A DNA stretch of 64,000 bases, from NCBI GenBank assembly GCA_965287045.1, contig OZ336880.1, forward strand, positions 36,208,001 through 36,272,000, in the 5' to 3' direction. The stretch comes from Carcharhinus amblyrhynchos. Lineage: Eukaryota. Numbering within the stretch: position 1 is the stretch's first letter; the number at the start of each line of letters is the position of its first letter. Shown here piece by piece: positions 35,629 through 48,912 of the stretch. Below the pieces are notes generated by a model, which saw only the letters and a list, made by a program, of their open reading frames with translations, did not search any database and had not been told where the DNA came from. The position numbers and the translations under genes are program-made.

Positions 35629-37699
35629 GTATAAAGAGGCTTATTGTGGGATACTTCTCAATTGATAAAACAATTTATAAAAGGAGTATTTAATTTATTA
35701 TACTCCTATTTAAGTAAGGCTGCAAACTTTTTGTATTACAATATACTACTCTCTTGATTATTAGTGGCTTTATCTACACGCTCTATGTCTCAAAGATAAC
35801 TTTGATAAGTTTTCAAATGATAGGGTAATCTGTTTTATCATTAACCTTTCATGTATGTAAATTAGATCTAATTAACATAATGGATATGTCTTTTATCTCT
35901 TATATCATGATGATTATACTATCCAATATTCATAAAGATGGGAAGTACAGTTCTGACTAATTATCATGATTCCAAAATACATTATCCCTAATAACCTAAT
36001 GACCAATTCTACCGCAGGTCTGTGAGACAGAACTTTTGTTTTTTGGCTTATTGAGGAAAATGTTGAAAATCTTCGAGAGTTCACCACCACCTTTTTCCTG
36101 TAGCATTCGCGAGCTAAAATAAGAAAAGGGTTCAACCTTCATTAGAAGATCATATTTCTTTCCAAGCAGATTCCAGGCAGGTTTAAATTCTGACTCTCTG
36201 AATGATGGGGTTAGTTTGGTGAGATTGCACTCAGGGGCATGAGCTGCCGCAGGTTTTTGTATCTTCACTGGCCTGTATTCATCTGTTTATTGAAATTCAT
36301 AGAGTCTATAATGGTATCTGAGGTTGTCTCAGGGCCTGTTCTGGGTCGCAATCTCCTAGGTGTATTAATAAAATCCCACCTTCATTTGTTATGAGGTCTA
36401 ATCAACTGTGCAGCATAAAAATAGGAATGGATCAAGTTCCTTTGAGCTACAGTTATAGTGTTTATACAATAGAGGGCGATGGGTTATTGGACAACAGTAG
36501 CTACTTGTATTTTTACCCATTCCCTGAAGGTTGAAGACTTCTCTTTTGATGTAATGGACAATAGTAAAGATTGTTAACATCATGCATGTAATATTCTTTT
36601 AAATAGGCATGTTTCTAATATAGGTGGAACAAAAAATTAAACTATATTCATATAAAACATGAAGCATTATAAGTGTGCTGATGTTAAACAGCATCAAATT
36701 CTTTATTATCCTTTATTAGAAATAATTGATTACATTACCAAAGGGATCAATACAAATTTAAGTCTACAGTTTTCAGAAATTGTAGGCCAGTAATTCATTT
36801 TCTATATTATTCTAAAATATGCATTCATTCTTACTTGAGTTCCCCGGAGAATGATAGTGGATTGTGCACAGTTCACTAAGTATTTACTGAGTGGAGTTAT
36901 GCTCTCCAATTTGTTTGTATTACTTTTTTTTAGACAGGCCTTTATAATTTGAGATTATGATAATTTGCAGGACTTGATTCCATTTCTCAAAACTGTGAGT
37001 GAACCATTCAAATAACAAAATAGTTTTACTATCTGTCATTTTTTTAAATGTGCAATTTCTTGATATAAATCATTATGATCTGGACCTTTGAAAGTGCTGA
37101 CAAGGCAACACGGTTGAAAAGTCACGGTATGTTTGTGCAGTGCCATTAAACTGTCTCATTATTATGGAAATAAATGCTAAGGAATTGTACAGATGTGATA
37201 TATTTTGCTGAAGCATGTCAAAGATGCACATTTAAATTTATGCATTGTTCAACTGATGATGTAGATGTAGGCTGTGAGCACTGAACTGGACATTGTAGAT
37301 TTAAAATCAAAGGTTTAAACTCAGTTGGCTCCCTCTTGAGCCCATGTAGAAGAGTTTCGGTGAACAAAACACAAAGATCCTGGTAATTTGTACTTCAAAA
37401 AGGATTTGGGTATATTTGTAGATTATTTGAAATGATAGATTAGAATTATTCTGATGTCCCCAGTTACAGAGCAGGACATGTGCATTAGAATGGTTCATTC
37501 CCAAGTCACCGCTTTTAACCACCTGAAGAGAAGCTTTCTCTGATTCCCCAAGCTAAACCCCACATCCAGCCTCACATCAACCTTGGTGTTCTGTGCTTCA
37601 GGTAGCACTCACTATTCTCAATCCCAAGAGATACATAGATGATCTTTAGCCTATTATAGGGTAGTCTGTAGAAGAATTATGAACATTGGGCTTTTGTTT

Positions 37700-37938
37700 A
37701 CATAAGAACATAAGAAATAGGAGCAGGAGTAGGCCATCTAGCCCTTCGAGCCTGCCCCGCCATTCAGTAAGATCATGGCTGATCTGAAGTGGATGAGTTC
37801 CACTTTCCCGCCCTCTCCCCATAACCCTTAATCCCCTCTCCTATCAAAAACCCATCAACCCGCGTCTTAAAAATATTTAGCGAGGCAGCCTCCACCACTT
37901 CAACGGGCAGAGAATTCCAGAGATTCACCACCTTTGAG
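37700..37938 (-). mobile_element. Young CR1 subfamily B 3' end
   Basis: Near-identical reverse complement of 19197-19435. Confidence 0.9.
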
Positions 37939-37939
37939 T

Positions 37940-38233
37940 TTAGTTTAGTTTACTTATTAGTGTCACAAGTAGGCTTATATTAACATTGCAATGAAGTTAC
38001 TGTGAAAATCCCCTCAGTGTTCGGGTACACTGAGAGAGAAATTAGCATGGCCAATGCACCTAACCAACACGTCTTTCGCACTGAGGGAGGAAACTGGAGT
38101 AGGAACTCCAGAGGAAACCCATGCAGACACGCGGCGAACATGCAGACTCCATACAGACAGTGACCCAAGCCGGAAATTGAACCAGGTCCCTGGTGCTGTG
38201 AGCAGCGGCGCTAACCACTCTGGCATCATGCCG
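37940..38233 (-). mobile_element. V-SINE subfamily B
   Basis: TTATTAGTGTCACAAGTAGGCTTA...GAAGTTACTGTGAAAATCCC tail (reverse) and tRNA head. Confidence 0.9.
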
Positions 38234-40317
38234 TACTTCCTCATGTTTCAAAAGCAATTCATAAAATTGAAAGTAAAGTTGCAGATAAGTTTTCCAAATT
38301 TAAACTTAAACAAAATGGTGATTTTACTTGTGAAATGCTATGAAACAAAATGAGAGAGCCATTACTGAACTTGAAATTAATTGTGTGCTTTTTCTTGGTA
38401 AATGAGTATCTCAGCTTGAATCTCGAGGGTTCAAGTTATTGAGACTTGATTGCCTCAATGGATGGTTTTCATTGACTCTTAGCCAAGCAGTAGTAGAACA
38501 TATTTCTGTGGGATAAGCATTCAAAGATTTGATCATAAACAGCATCTGCTATTTTCAATGGCTGTTCAAATCACAATAAATCCACATTGGACTTTGTTCA
38601 CATGTGTTGCGCACCATGTCAGAGCTGTGTGGGAGAAATCAGTTCCAACAAATTGATTTATTGACAAGGGTATAAAAGATCTTTTTGATGGGCTCTGTTT
38701 TTCTTTCATGACACAAAGCACCTTGACTTGCTTGCATGAAGGTTTAGCCGAACCTATAAGGCACTACTGAGTTTGCCTTATCTTGTAAGAGTTAGAATCT
38801 TGATGAAGATATCGGCAAGTTATTCCCCATTGACATAATTAATGGCTTTTCTTATTTTTCAAACATTGAGCTGGACCTTACATTCATATATCATTATTCA
38901 GATGCTGATGCACACTTTACCTTACTTTATCTCATTCAAAAAAAATGCCCCAGAGAAACTGATTTCCTTGGAAATGGAATTAACGAGATATTTGCTTTTC
39001 TTCCGACAGCTGAAACTTGTGCAGATATTTAAGGCAAACTGATATCAGCATCGGAAATTGGAAATGCTGTCAGTAAGAGATTGCCACTTAGTCACATGAA
39101 ATTTAGTTTTTTGTAGATTATTAGTTGGAGTACCTCAATTTTTCTTTTATTCATCATGCAATTAAATGCCACTCTATTATTCTGGTTGATTTTTGCTGAC
39201 CATGTTCAGAATTGATTTACCGAACAGCACTAGGGCCTAAAATACACAGTTACCAAAACTATGCTTAGTGTTTCACACCACAGATGCTCGTAATTAAACA
39301 TGAAACTCCATGTCAGAAGATACCAACATCGCATTTATTCACACTTCAATGATTTGGATGAGCTTGCTTGGTTTCCTGCAACAGATTTTGTCCTTTAGCT
39401 GGTGGAGCTGAAAATATTTTCCAAGTTGCAACTTGAAGAACCGGAGGCATTTGGAAAAAAAATCTCACTCCAATTTACTTTTCCATCCGTCAAAAGTGTT
39501 ACACGAACTTTAGACAAAGGAAATGAATCCTTAAAAAAAAGGAATAAAAATGCAGAGGCCTGAAGCCAATCAGTCAGGATAATTGGAGTAGGCCACAGAG
39601 GAGGCAACACAGTAAATAAGCAGAAAAGGAGACCATGAGGTGGAATGATGAACAGGCCAATGTTCCTTGCATCCTGAGGGACAATGCTTTGTTTTTCATC
39701 GGTCCAGAGCTGGCAAATAACTCACTCCAGATTAGTTGGCAATGGTATTGGCTCAGGAGTAAATATTTCATCGAAAGGAAAAAGTATTCATGGCATTCCA
39801 AAGTTGAATGCAGCAATCTGTACTTAAATAAAACCCATGCCCCCCCCCACCACCCTCCTCACTGCTTCTCAATGCAATCTTGGATCAGTGGAGATTGTTC
39901 ACAGATGCTGTCAATATTGTGTGATTGATTGGCAGCCAGTGTAGTTTTGGAGGGACGAATGATGTTTCCTCCTCTTCTTGCAGCCCAGCAGAGAGTTGAC
40001 AAAACTCACAAAACTGAAGATGGTAGATTTCAGTGCGAGTCAGTCATGCGACTCAAAGCTGAAACTGTTTGGCTGGGAAGGAAAGCTTCAAACGTACACT
40101 GCCCTGAAACATGTATATTTTCACAAAACAAATCCAGTTTCTATTAACATGTCTTTATTTATTTTTTTCCTCCTGTCTTCCTGAGTACTGGTCATTAACG
40201 TTAATGGTTTTGTCTTCAATCGAGGAAGGGGCAGTTTGACCTTAACAGCATCCAAATGGATGCTGTATCTAGGGATACTTAATTCAATTTATCTTGTGGT
40301 CTGTTGTCATAATGTGG

Positions 40318-41308
40318 GGGTGGATTTATCCACCTCCACCCCTGCTGTTCCAATCAATAACTGAAAAGCCCCCTTTATATGTGACTTGTGAGGTTTTTAC
40401 ACAGGTTCTGCTTTGTTTTCTTCTGCAGTTCGCCCGACTGTTTTGGCCTCTTGGCTAAGATCAAGTGTCGTTTTTGATCCTGCATCTGGTCTTGGCCAAT
40501 GAGGTAAAACCATGACTTCACCTGAAGGATCTTTTAAAAAGCCACCTGGGCCTATTGGCTAAGGTGAAGCTCAGATCGAGCCCAGGAGGGGATGTTATGC
40601 CCCATCCTGTCAGCTTGGATCCCCTTTGATCGAGCTCAAGGTGTGAGGAATGGCCTATCTTGTCAGCTTGGATCTGTTCTGAATTGGATTTTGATTAGGA
40701 ATAAAGTACCAAAAGGTATAAAAAAAAATTGTTTGCTAAAGGCTGGCGTTCATCAGGAGTGAATTATAATGACCTGTGAGCATTTAAGCATTTACAGGAG
40801 AAAAAAGGTAACTGTTTTTTGGTTCTGAATTTAAAACTGTAACTTGGCAGGAATGCAGCAGACCAGCCCCCACCAACAAATATTGGATCCTCTCCCACAC
40901 CACAAGTACGGCATGCCCCATCCCCCCACCCCCAGCACACACATATACACACACACAATGAGGCTTCCCAGAGGGCCCACCACTGCCAGAGGATACTATC
41001 CAGCAATGTCCCTCTCTACCTAGGGGCTACACTTACCCTGGGATCCCTGGCAAGTTGCCCTCGACTGAAAGTTATTAAAAATTTGTAAACGATATTCCGT
41101 TGGGGGTGGGGGGGCACATATTGCAGGGGTGTCCTATAATGACATTTAAATTAATGCTTATTGAAGGATGGTAACCTTGTAACATCGCGGGCAAGGGTAA
41201 ATGACAAAAGCAAGATCTCAACAGCGGGAATCTTGTTTCCTGATTTTCGCAAGATTATGGGCCCGCATCGCTGTTTATGCTCATGGCTAACACAACTCGA
41301 AATCACCC
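40318..41308. mobile_element. Probable decayed Harbinger-type MITE hosting the U2-like module
   Basis: Weak termini GGGTGGATTT / GAAATCACCC. ATTTAAATTAATGC motif and GC-rich subterminal sequence resemble other MITEs in the window. Confidence 0.4.
40436..40728 (+). pseudogene. U2 snRNA-derived rearranged element with AATAAA and A-tail
   Basis: GGCCTCTTGGCTAAGATCAAGTGT (40445-40468) matches the U2 5' end at 23/24 nt. A second degenerate copy starts at 40549. There are two TC(C/T)TGTCAGCTTGGATC copies, an Sm-like GGATTTTG, AATAAA and an A9 run. Confidence 0.75.
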
Positions 41309-41324
41309 TCCCTAATGTAAATTC

Positions 41325-42878
41325 AGCCTGGGAGTCAGGATATACTCCAGAATACTGAGAGAGCCAAGGGACAAAATTGCTGGGCCTTGAGAGAAATCTT
41401 TGTACCCTCACTGGCTACAGGGCAGGTCCCAGAGGATTGGAGAATAGCCAATGTTGTTCCTTTGTTTAAGAAGGGTAGCAAGAGTAATCCAGGTATTTAC
41501 AGCCTTACATCAATGGTAAGGGAATTATTGGAGAGGATTCTTCAAGACATGATTTATTTCCAGTTGGAAATAAGTGGATGTATTAGTGAGAGGCAACATG
41601 ATTTTGAGAAGGGGAGGTTGTGTCTCACGAACTTGATCGAGTTTTTCAAAGAAGTGATGAAGATGACTGCTGAGGGTGGGGCAGTGGATGTTGTCTACGT
41701 GGACTTCAGTAAGGCCTTTGACAAGGTCCCTCATGGCAGACTGGTGCAGAAGATAAAGTCGCATGGGATCAGAGGTGAGTTGGCAAGGTAGATACAAAAC
41801 TGGCTTGGTCAAAAAAGACAGAGGATAGCAGTGGAAGGATGTGTTTCTGAATGGAGGGCTTGACAATGATATTCCTCAGGGATTAGTGCTGGGACCTTTG
41901 CTGTTTGTAATATATATAAATGATTTGGAGCAAAATGTAACTGGATTGATTAGTAAGTTCGCTGATGGCACAAATGTTGGTGGATTTGCGGATGGTAATG
42001 AGGACCATCAGAAGATACAGCTGGATATAGATCAGTTGGAGGCTTGGGCGGAGAGATGGCAGATGGAGTTTAATCCAGACAAATGTGAGGCAATGCATTT
42101 TGGAAGGTCTAATACAGATAGAAAATATACATTAAATGGCAGAACCCTTAGGAGTATTGATAGGCAAAGGGATCTGGGTGTACAGGTACACAGGTCATTG
42201 AAAGTGGCAATGCAGGTGGAGAAGGTAGTCAATAATGCATATGGTATGCTTGCCTTCGTCGGCTAGGGTATTGAGTTTAAAAATTGGTAAGTCATGTTGC
42301 AGTTTTATAGAACCTTAATTAGGCGGCACTTGGAATATAGTGTTCAATTCTAGTCGCCACACTACCAGAAGGATGTGATGGCTTTGGAGATGGCACACAC
42401 AGATTTACCAGGATGTTGACTGGTACGGAGGGCATTAGCTATGAGGAGAGATTGGAGAAACTTGGTTTGTTCTCACTGGAATGACAGAGGTTGAGGGGCA
42501 ATCTGATAGAAGTCTATAAGATTATGAGAAACATGTACAGAGTGGATAGACAGAAGCTTTTTCCAAAATGGAAGAGTCAGTTACCAAAGGGCATAGGTTT
42601 AAGGTGCAAGGGGCATTGTTTAAAGGAGATATACGAGGCAGCTTTTTTACACAGAGAATTGGGTGCCTGGGACTCGTTGCCAGGGGAGGTAGTGGAAGTG
42701 GATACAGTAGTGATTTTTAAGGGGCATCTTGACAAGTACATGAATAGGATGAGAGTAGAGGGATATGCTCCCTGGAAAGATAGGGGGTTTTAGTTAAGTC
42801 GGGCAGCATGGTCAGTGCATGCTTCAAGGGCTGAACGGCCTGTTCCTGTGCTGTAATTTTCTTTGTTCTTTGTTCTTA
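41325..42878 (+). mobile_element. CR1 LINE ORF2 with 3' UTR
   Basis: [50 protein letters not shown] and WQMEFNPDKCE; (TTCTTTG)n tail. Confidence 0.95.
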
Positions 42879-43864
42879 TAACCCGTTGGGTTCAAAGCAG
42901 TGTGAATTTTATCAGGCTCAGTCCTTTATCCTGACTCTAAAAATACAATCACTGGATTTTATAAAACACCCCAGCAAGATGATAGCTCAATTTTTAATGT
43001 ATTTCAAAAATAGACTGTGTTTGGCAGGTTGAATGTGCCTGCATAAAATTCAGGTTCTAAGTACGAGGAGGAAAGTTGATAGATTTTTGACAGTGGAACA
43101 CACAAACATTGAAAAATGTGGAAGCCAAGTGTCTGCTCACAGAATGGAAGATTATTTTCCCTACAATTTCTACCATTGTCATGATAGCAGCTTAAAGTGG
43201 GCTATGGAGTTCAGCTAAATCTGTTCAGCCCAACTCTGGGAGATTGAAATGTTCCAGTGTAACCTTTAACCCACCTCTTCAATCCATTAAACAGAACTGT
43301 TTTATCACCCCAGCCTCCTCACAAGTTTCTTTTAGCTCTAGTCTAAAACTCAAATGCAAATTTTAATATTACAAGTTATTCCATCATTAATGGTTCTGAG
43401 GCTTGAATTACGCGAACAAAAGCCTGGTATACGCGTAAGCTCGCCACATTATGAACTCGCCTAAATATCTCAAGTTGGTTTGTTAGTGTAGCTATTGACA
43501 CAGTCAGAAAGTGCTGCCCAATCACAGATACATATCTAGCTGGAGATGTTTTGATGTGGGTTTCACAAGAGTGGGCTGGGTGAGTGCAGGTTGTACTCTG
43601 CCTGTTATAGGCAACAAAAGGAACATGTTGTTTGATTCAATCAGCCAATCACTGGGACGGATGGTCTACATACCTGACATTGTATTGGCTCTGAAATTCT
43701 AACATGGGATTTCTCAATTGTGTAATAGGCGCAATTTTTTTTGGGCTAATGACAGTATTCTGTTAGCAGAAAATACCACTTATATAGAAACAGATTCTGC
43801 AAGCTGTTTCACACTGCTACAATGCGGTGGCTATGCAAGTGGTATTTAAATGTACTCAACGATG

Positions 43865-44150
43865 ATGTATTCACAACCCTCTGGTGTAGAAAATTCCAAA
43901 GATTCACAATCCTCTGAGTGATGAAATTTCTACTCATCTTAAATGATCAACCCCCATCCCATTTTCTCGATTCCCCAGCCAGAGTCTACCCTGTCTAGCA
44001 CCTTCACAATCCTGCATTTTCCAATCAGATTATCATGTAAACTACAGAGAATATGAGGCCAATTTACTTAGCCACTCATCATAAGTCAACTCTTTCATTC
44101 CAGGAAACAATCAAGTAAATCTTCACTATCTTACATCCAAGGCAAATGTA
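43865..44150 (-). mobile_element. Old CR1 3' fragment
   Basis: AATTCCAAAGATTCACAATCCTCTGAGTG (reverse of TQRIVNLWN). Confidence 0.7.
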
Positions 44151-45654
44151 CCCTAAGGCAGAGTCAACATGGTTTTATGGAAGAGAAATCATGTATAACC
44201 AACTTATTGGTACTGAGATGAGCTTACCTCCACTGTTGCTGGGACAAAATCTTGGAACTCCCTTCCTGACAGTATTATGCACACTTGAGAGAAGCCTGAG
44301 CTCTTTGCTTGGGGATGATTTTGGAACTCTCTGCCTCAGTTGAATATGTTTGAACAGCTATCTTCAGAGTTATACGTAAGGTAGTCAAAGGACAATCCAG
44401 TTTAACTCTCTGAATTTCAATAACACGAGGACAAGGCCTGGCACTGCCAAAAATGGATTTGTTAAAGTGGCAAAAGTATGTCTGCAGCAAGGATCCCTTG
44501 AATATATGGAAGTATTTGCTGCTTTGTGGTGCGTAATATGGAGCGTGTGGACATTAGGAGCTGTTTCTAATTGTTATGGTACACAGGCAGGTGGGTAAGA
44601 TGGAAACCCACCCACATTATTCAAATGGCAATTGAAAAGGCAATCATGATTGTTAACAATGCAACTCACAGCAATAAGATGCTCTGCAAGCAATAATACA
44701 CTTGCAGGGTGAGAATCACAACAGGCAGGGAATCCGTTTTTTAATGGGGAAGTCTGTTTCGGCAGCTTTTAAAGCTGCAGCTGAGACCAGAATCTCAACT
44801 TCGCTTCAATAATTGCAGGGACTGCTCATGTGAATGAGCAGGGGAGTCTTTTGGAGGCAATTTAATCAGAAGATCTCTCCTCTGATTCAGAAAGAGCTCT
44901 TTGGAATTTTTTTTCATGTTCATTACCCAGTGTGTGTGTAATCTCTGAGACAGATGGGCATTGTGGCTTCATTGGTGATACAGTCTGTAGTGAAGAGAAG
45001 AGTCAGGAGGAAGAGCAGGGTGAGAGGAAGAAGTGAATACAGGGATGCTCAGGAAGCTCTGGTTTTTCAGGAAAGGATTTCAGGATTCAGGAAAGGAGCA
45101 GAGCAACGTCTGACTCTGAGCATTAGGTGGAACCCAGAAAGTCTAGCAAAGGCACAGATGACTTCTTGCCTCCCTGGTGGTATGTAGGCAGAGATTTAGC
45201 TCCTTTCAACTGAGTGACACTACTCAAGGACTCTCCCAACACAATCCAATTTAGCCCCCTACTTCTCAATGACATAAGGATAAGTGCCTGGCATTGCCCA
45301 AAATGAACTTGTTAAAATGACAACAAGGATCCTGTGGACTGAATAATATCGGAGTATTTTGAAGTGCCCTCATCAGTGTGGTGAGGGCCCCTATCGGACA
45401 CACGAAACCCTGTCAAAGGGCCAGCATCTGCCATGGTACTGGATGCAGAGAGAAGGTGTGATGTTGCATCTCCTGAGGCTCCAAGAAGGTTGCTGGATGG
45501 CTTCTGGTGCAGCTTAGACTGAAGAGGCTTCTGTAACAGAGAGATAGCAGGAAAGGGGTAACTAGGGATTAAACCACTTGACGCATTGCAAAATGCACAT
45601 CAACTGTTTCAACTGAATGATGACATGAAGCTTCAGATGATGAAGATTGTCAAA

Positions 45655-45938
45655 GCTGCCTCACAGCGCCAGGGATCTGGGTTCAATTCCTGGCTTGGGT
45701 CACTTTCTTGTGTGGAATCAACACGTTTTCCCTGTGTCTGCATGGGTTCCTCCGGTTGCTCCGGTTTCCTCCGATAGTTGGAAAGTTGCGCCGGTTAGGT
45801 GCATTGGCCATGCTAAATTCTCCTTCAGTGTACCCGAACAAGTGCTGGAGTCTGGCAACTAGATTATTTTCATAGTAACTTCATTGCAGTGTTAATACCA
45901 GCCTACTTGTGACACTAATAAATAAACTTTAAACTTTA
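45655..45938 (+). mobile_element. V-SINE subfamily B
   Basis: GCTGCCTCACAGCGCCAGGG head and GCCTACTTGTGACACTAATAAATAAACTTT tail. Confidence 0.9.
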
Positions 45939-48562
45939 GTTCCAATGTATGAACTCTAAACATCATCCACATTATCCATTAACTATTCCCTCTTTTCAAT
46001 CAGTCCGAGTCTTCTGCTATCTCACCAGAGCCATGCCATCATCCAATTTCGCTTCTGCCTAGACTCCTGAACAAGCTGGGCTCGAGCATAAGTGTAATCC
46101 TTCAATCCTCAAGCATAAAAACTTTTCTTCAGTCTGTTTCTAAAGAAGTAATTCATGTTAATTTAAATAAAATTAGTATAGGGATAAATTTAGGATTGTG
46201 ATAAAATAAATGGAAGAATTAAAACCTTGTTAACATTGAGATTGATGGGAGGCATTTATTCGACAGTTACCTTGACACAAGACTTCTCTTTTTAAGTACA
46301 TCTCAACCATAATGGAAGATGATGCCACTATTCTGGATATTTCAGTGCTGATAATTACTTTTCAGCAGAGTTATAAAATTGGAATATTATTAACAAGACA
46401 CTAGCATGGCCGTTTTCTGTAAATGCTGTCGCTATTGTATTTTGTGTTCTGAAACCTGGTTAATGTTCCCAGTTCTTTGTGCAGGGAAATCAATCAAACA
46501 TTGTTCAGAGCTGGAGCACTTTCTACTCCCGCTGCCTTCATGTTTCTCGATTTACTCTTGAATAAGGACAGGATTGATTTGTGAGGGAAAAAAAGCACCC
46601 ACAATGAACTGTCCATCAAATAATCACAGCCGCCATCCTCCTTATAATTAGCTGGAAAATGAATTCCACAACTGTAGAAATTTCAAGGACAACTCTGTGC
46701 AAGAGGGATTTAATGTACATTCCATGAAACTAGTACTGTCAAGTTCTAATGACTATAGTGGGTCTGAGTGATAGGATACCATTCTGCAAAGAAGTGGGTC
46801 AAGGTTAGCTGACAATCTGACCTAGCCCTTGGCTACTCGAGATTTTCTGTGTTATTAATGGTGTATATCAATAAATCCTTACATTCATACAAATATCTGT
46901 AAGGAGCAGCTAGGTTTAGTTTAAATCAGTTCACAAAATTGCTGGTTGTGTCTGATGATACTTTTCTTGGTTAAATTAATTCAAGTACACTTGGAGGAAA
47001 TAAGGACCTGGCTCATTTTGAGTTTTATAGGAATATAATTCAGATGGTCGTGTACCAAAGATAAAGTTATACTTCTTATTTACTTCACGAGGTTCAAAGT
47101 TTGCTTTTCATTTTCAGGTATGATTCATTCACATTACATTTTATCGAAAGTCTCACCAGAATTAAAAAAAGGTCTGATACATATTGCATTGGGAATGAAT
47201 CAGGATGACATTTCTTCTTGCCCTGCCTGTAGCTTGGTGATGTATTTCTCTGGGTATCCTGTTGAATAAAACATATGTCAGATGCGCCGTGAGTTAAAGA
47301 CATTTAATTGACATTCAATCAGACAGAATTTCATGGCAAGTATTGCACTTACTGGCTCAGATTGTCACTGTATGGTAAGTATGTTTTTGCCACTATTTCA
47401 CTTAATTTATTTTGCTAAGCAGAAAGCAAACCTGGGAAATTAAATCTCTTGAGAATTCCCCACCATTTGCTTTTTGCCTGCCATGTCGAATTATTTTGTC
47501 AGTTGAAAGTTTTTCTCGGGGGGGGTGGTGAATGGTGACAGAGTGTATCCGAGTGTGGTGGTGCTTATCATGAAACGATGGCACTTGGATTAACAGATTT
47601 GATCCACCGAATCACAAGTTTTCAGCAGTGACTGTGCTCATGGAGGAAGCGCAAATTGGAAGCCGAATACTTTCTCACAGCGAAGAAATAGGGGGAGAAA
47701 AGTCAAAGGCTGAGGTATTCCTGATCATTATAATACACCAGAGGAAATTCAGTTGTGGCAATGAAAGAGGAGGTAGCTCATTGTGTTCTCCCAACAAGAA
47801 GATGCGGATGACAGCCTTTGAAGAGAAAAAAAAACTCATTTTGGAAAGCGACATCTTTTCGCTTGGCTGAAAGAGCTACATTCCGTTGGTGGAGTGGAAA
47901 ATCTAGAGCTACTTTCCATTGATGCAGTGGGAAATCTTGAGGTGCGGGAGCTCTTGGACATTGCACTGGCTGCATCATTTCCAAATCTACCATTACCTTG
48001 TTTTCCTATGCACTAATCATTTGAGCCCCCCAAAAGTCAGTGAAGTATGCTTTTTAAGAGAAAAAATATTAATGCTGGTAGGCATTTTATTTTGAACTGT
48101 GCAGTATTCTGAACCATTACTCTTTAGAGTAACTATAATTTCATTACGGAACATTTTACAGGTGAAGTACGTATTATCCAAAATCCTCAGGGTTGATTGT
48201 GTCTCCAGTTTCAGATTGTTTTGGTTTTCAGATACGATATATAGGACTAGGCCCACTTATATTACAAAAGCCTAAACCTACTGTAGCTATAGTCCAAAGT
48301 CAGTAAATGGCTAGAAAGGAAAATATATCACTGAATAATAAATAATAATCACCAGGTTAACAACAACTATGTATTAACTAATTCAAACCATGTACAGAGT
48401 GAATCAAAATGTGTCCTCCCCATTCAGCTCTTGGATCGATTGTGATGGTAAAATCCCACGTTCAGCCCTGGGATTCACTCGCTCCTGCCCCTTTGTGCAA
48501 TCATGGCACATGACCCTCTGGGTCCACACCCCTTACTACAGCCCCCCATTTCAGTCCCTTAT

Positions 48563-48860
48563 GGCGGTATGTTAGCGCAGTGGTTAGCACTGCTACCTCA
48601 CAGCGCCAAGGACCCAGGTTGATTGCCAACTTGGATCACTGTCTGTGTTTGCATGTTCTCCCCGTGTCTGCATGAGTTTCCTCCGGGTGCTCTGGTTTCC
48701 TCCCACAGTCCGAAAGATGTGCTGGTTAGATGCATTGGCTAAATTTTCCCTCAGTGTACCTGAACAGGTGCCGGAGTGTGGTGATAAGAGGATTTTCACA
48801 GTAACTTCATTGTAGTGCTAATGTAAACCTATTTGTGACACTAATAAATAAACAAAAAAA
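48563..48860 (+). mobile_element. V-SINE subfamily B
   Basis: Full head, V-domain, tail TTGTGACACTAATAAATAAAC and A-run. Confidence 0.9.
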
Positions 48861-48912
48861 AGTCATTTAACATTAACAATAGTAAATATTTTTAACACAT
48901 TTCATCAGAAAC

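Noticed and set aside
40436-40475. Functional canonical U2 snRNA gene
   Set aside because: Colinear identity ends at about U2 nt 34, the branch-point-pairing sequence is altered, and no snRNA promoter was recognised.
44585-45520. Possible further Harbinger remnant
   Set aside because: Composition is suggestive, but no protein motif or TIR pair could be established by eye.
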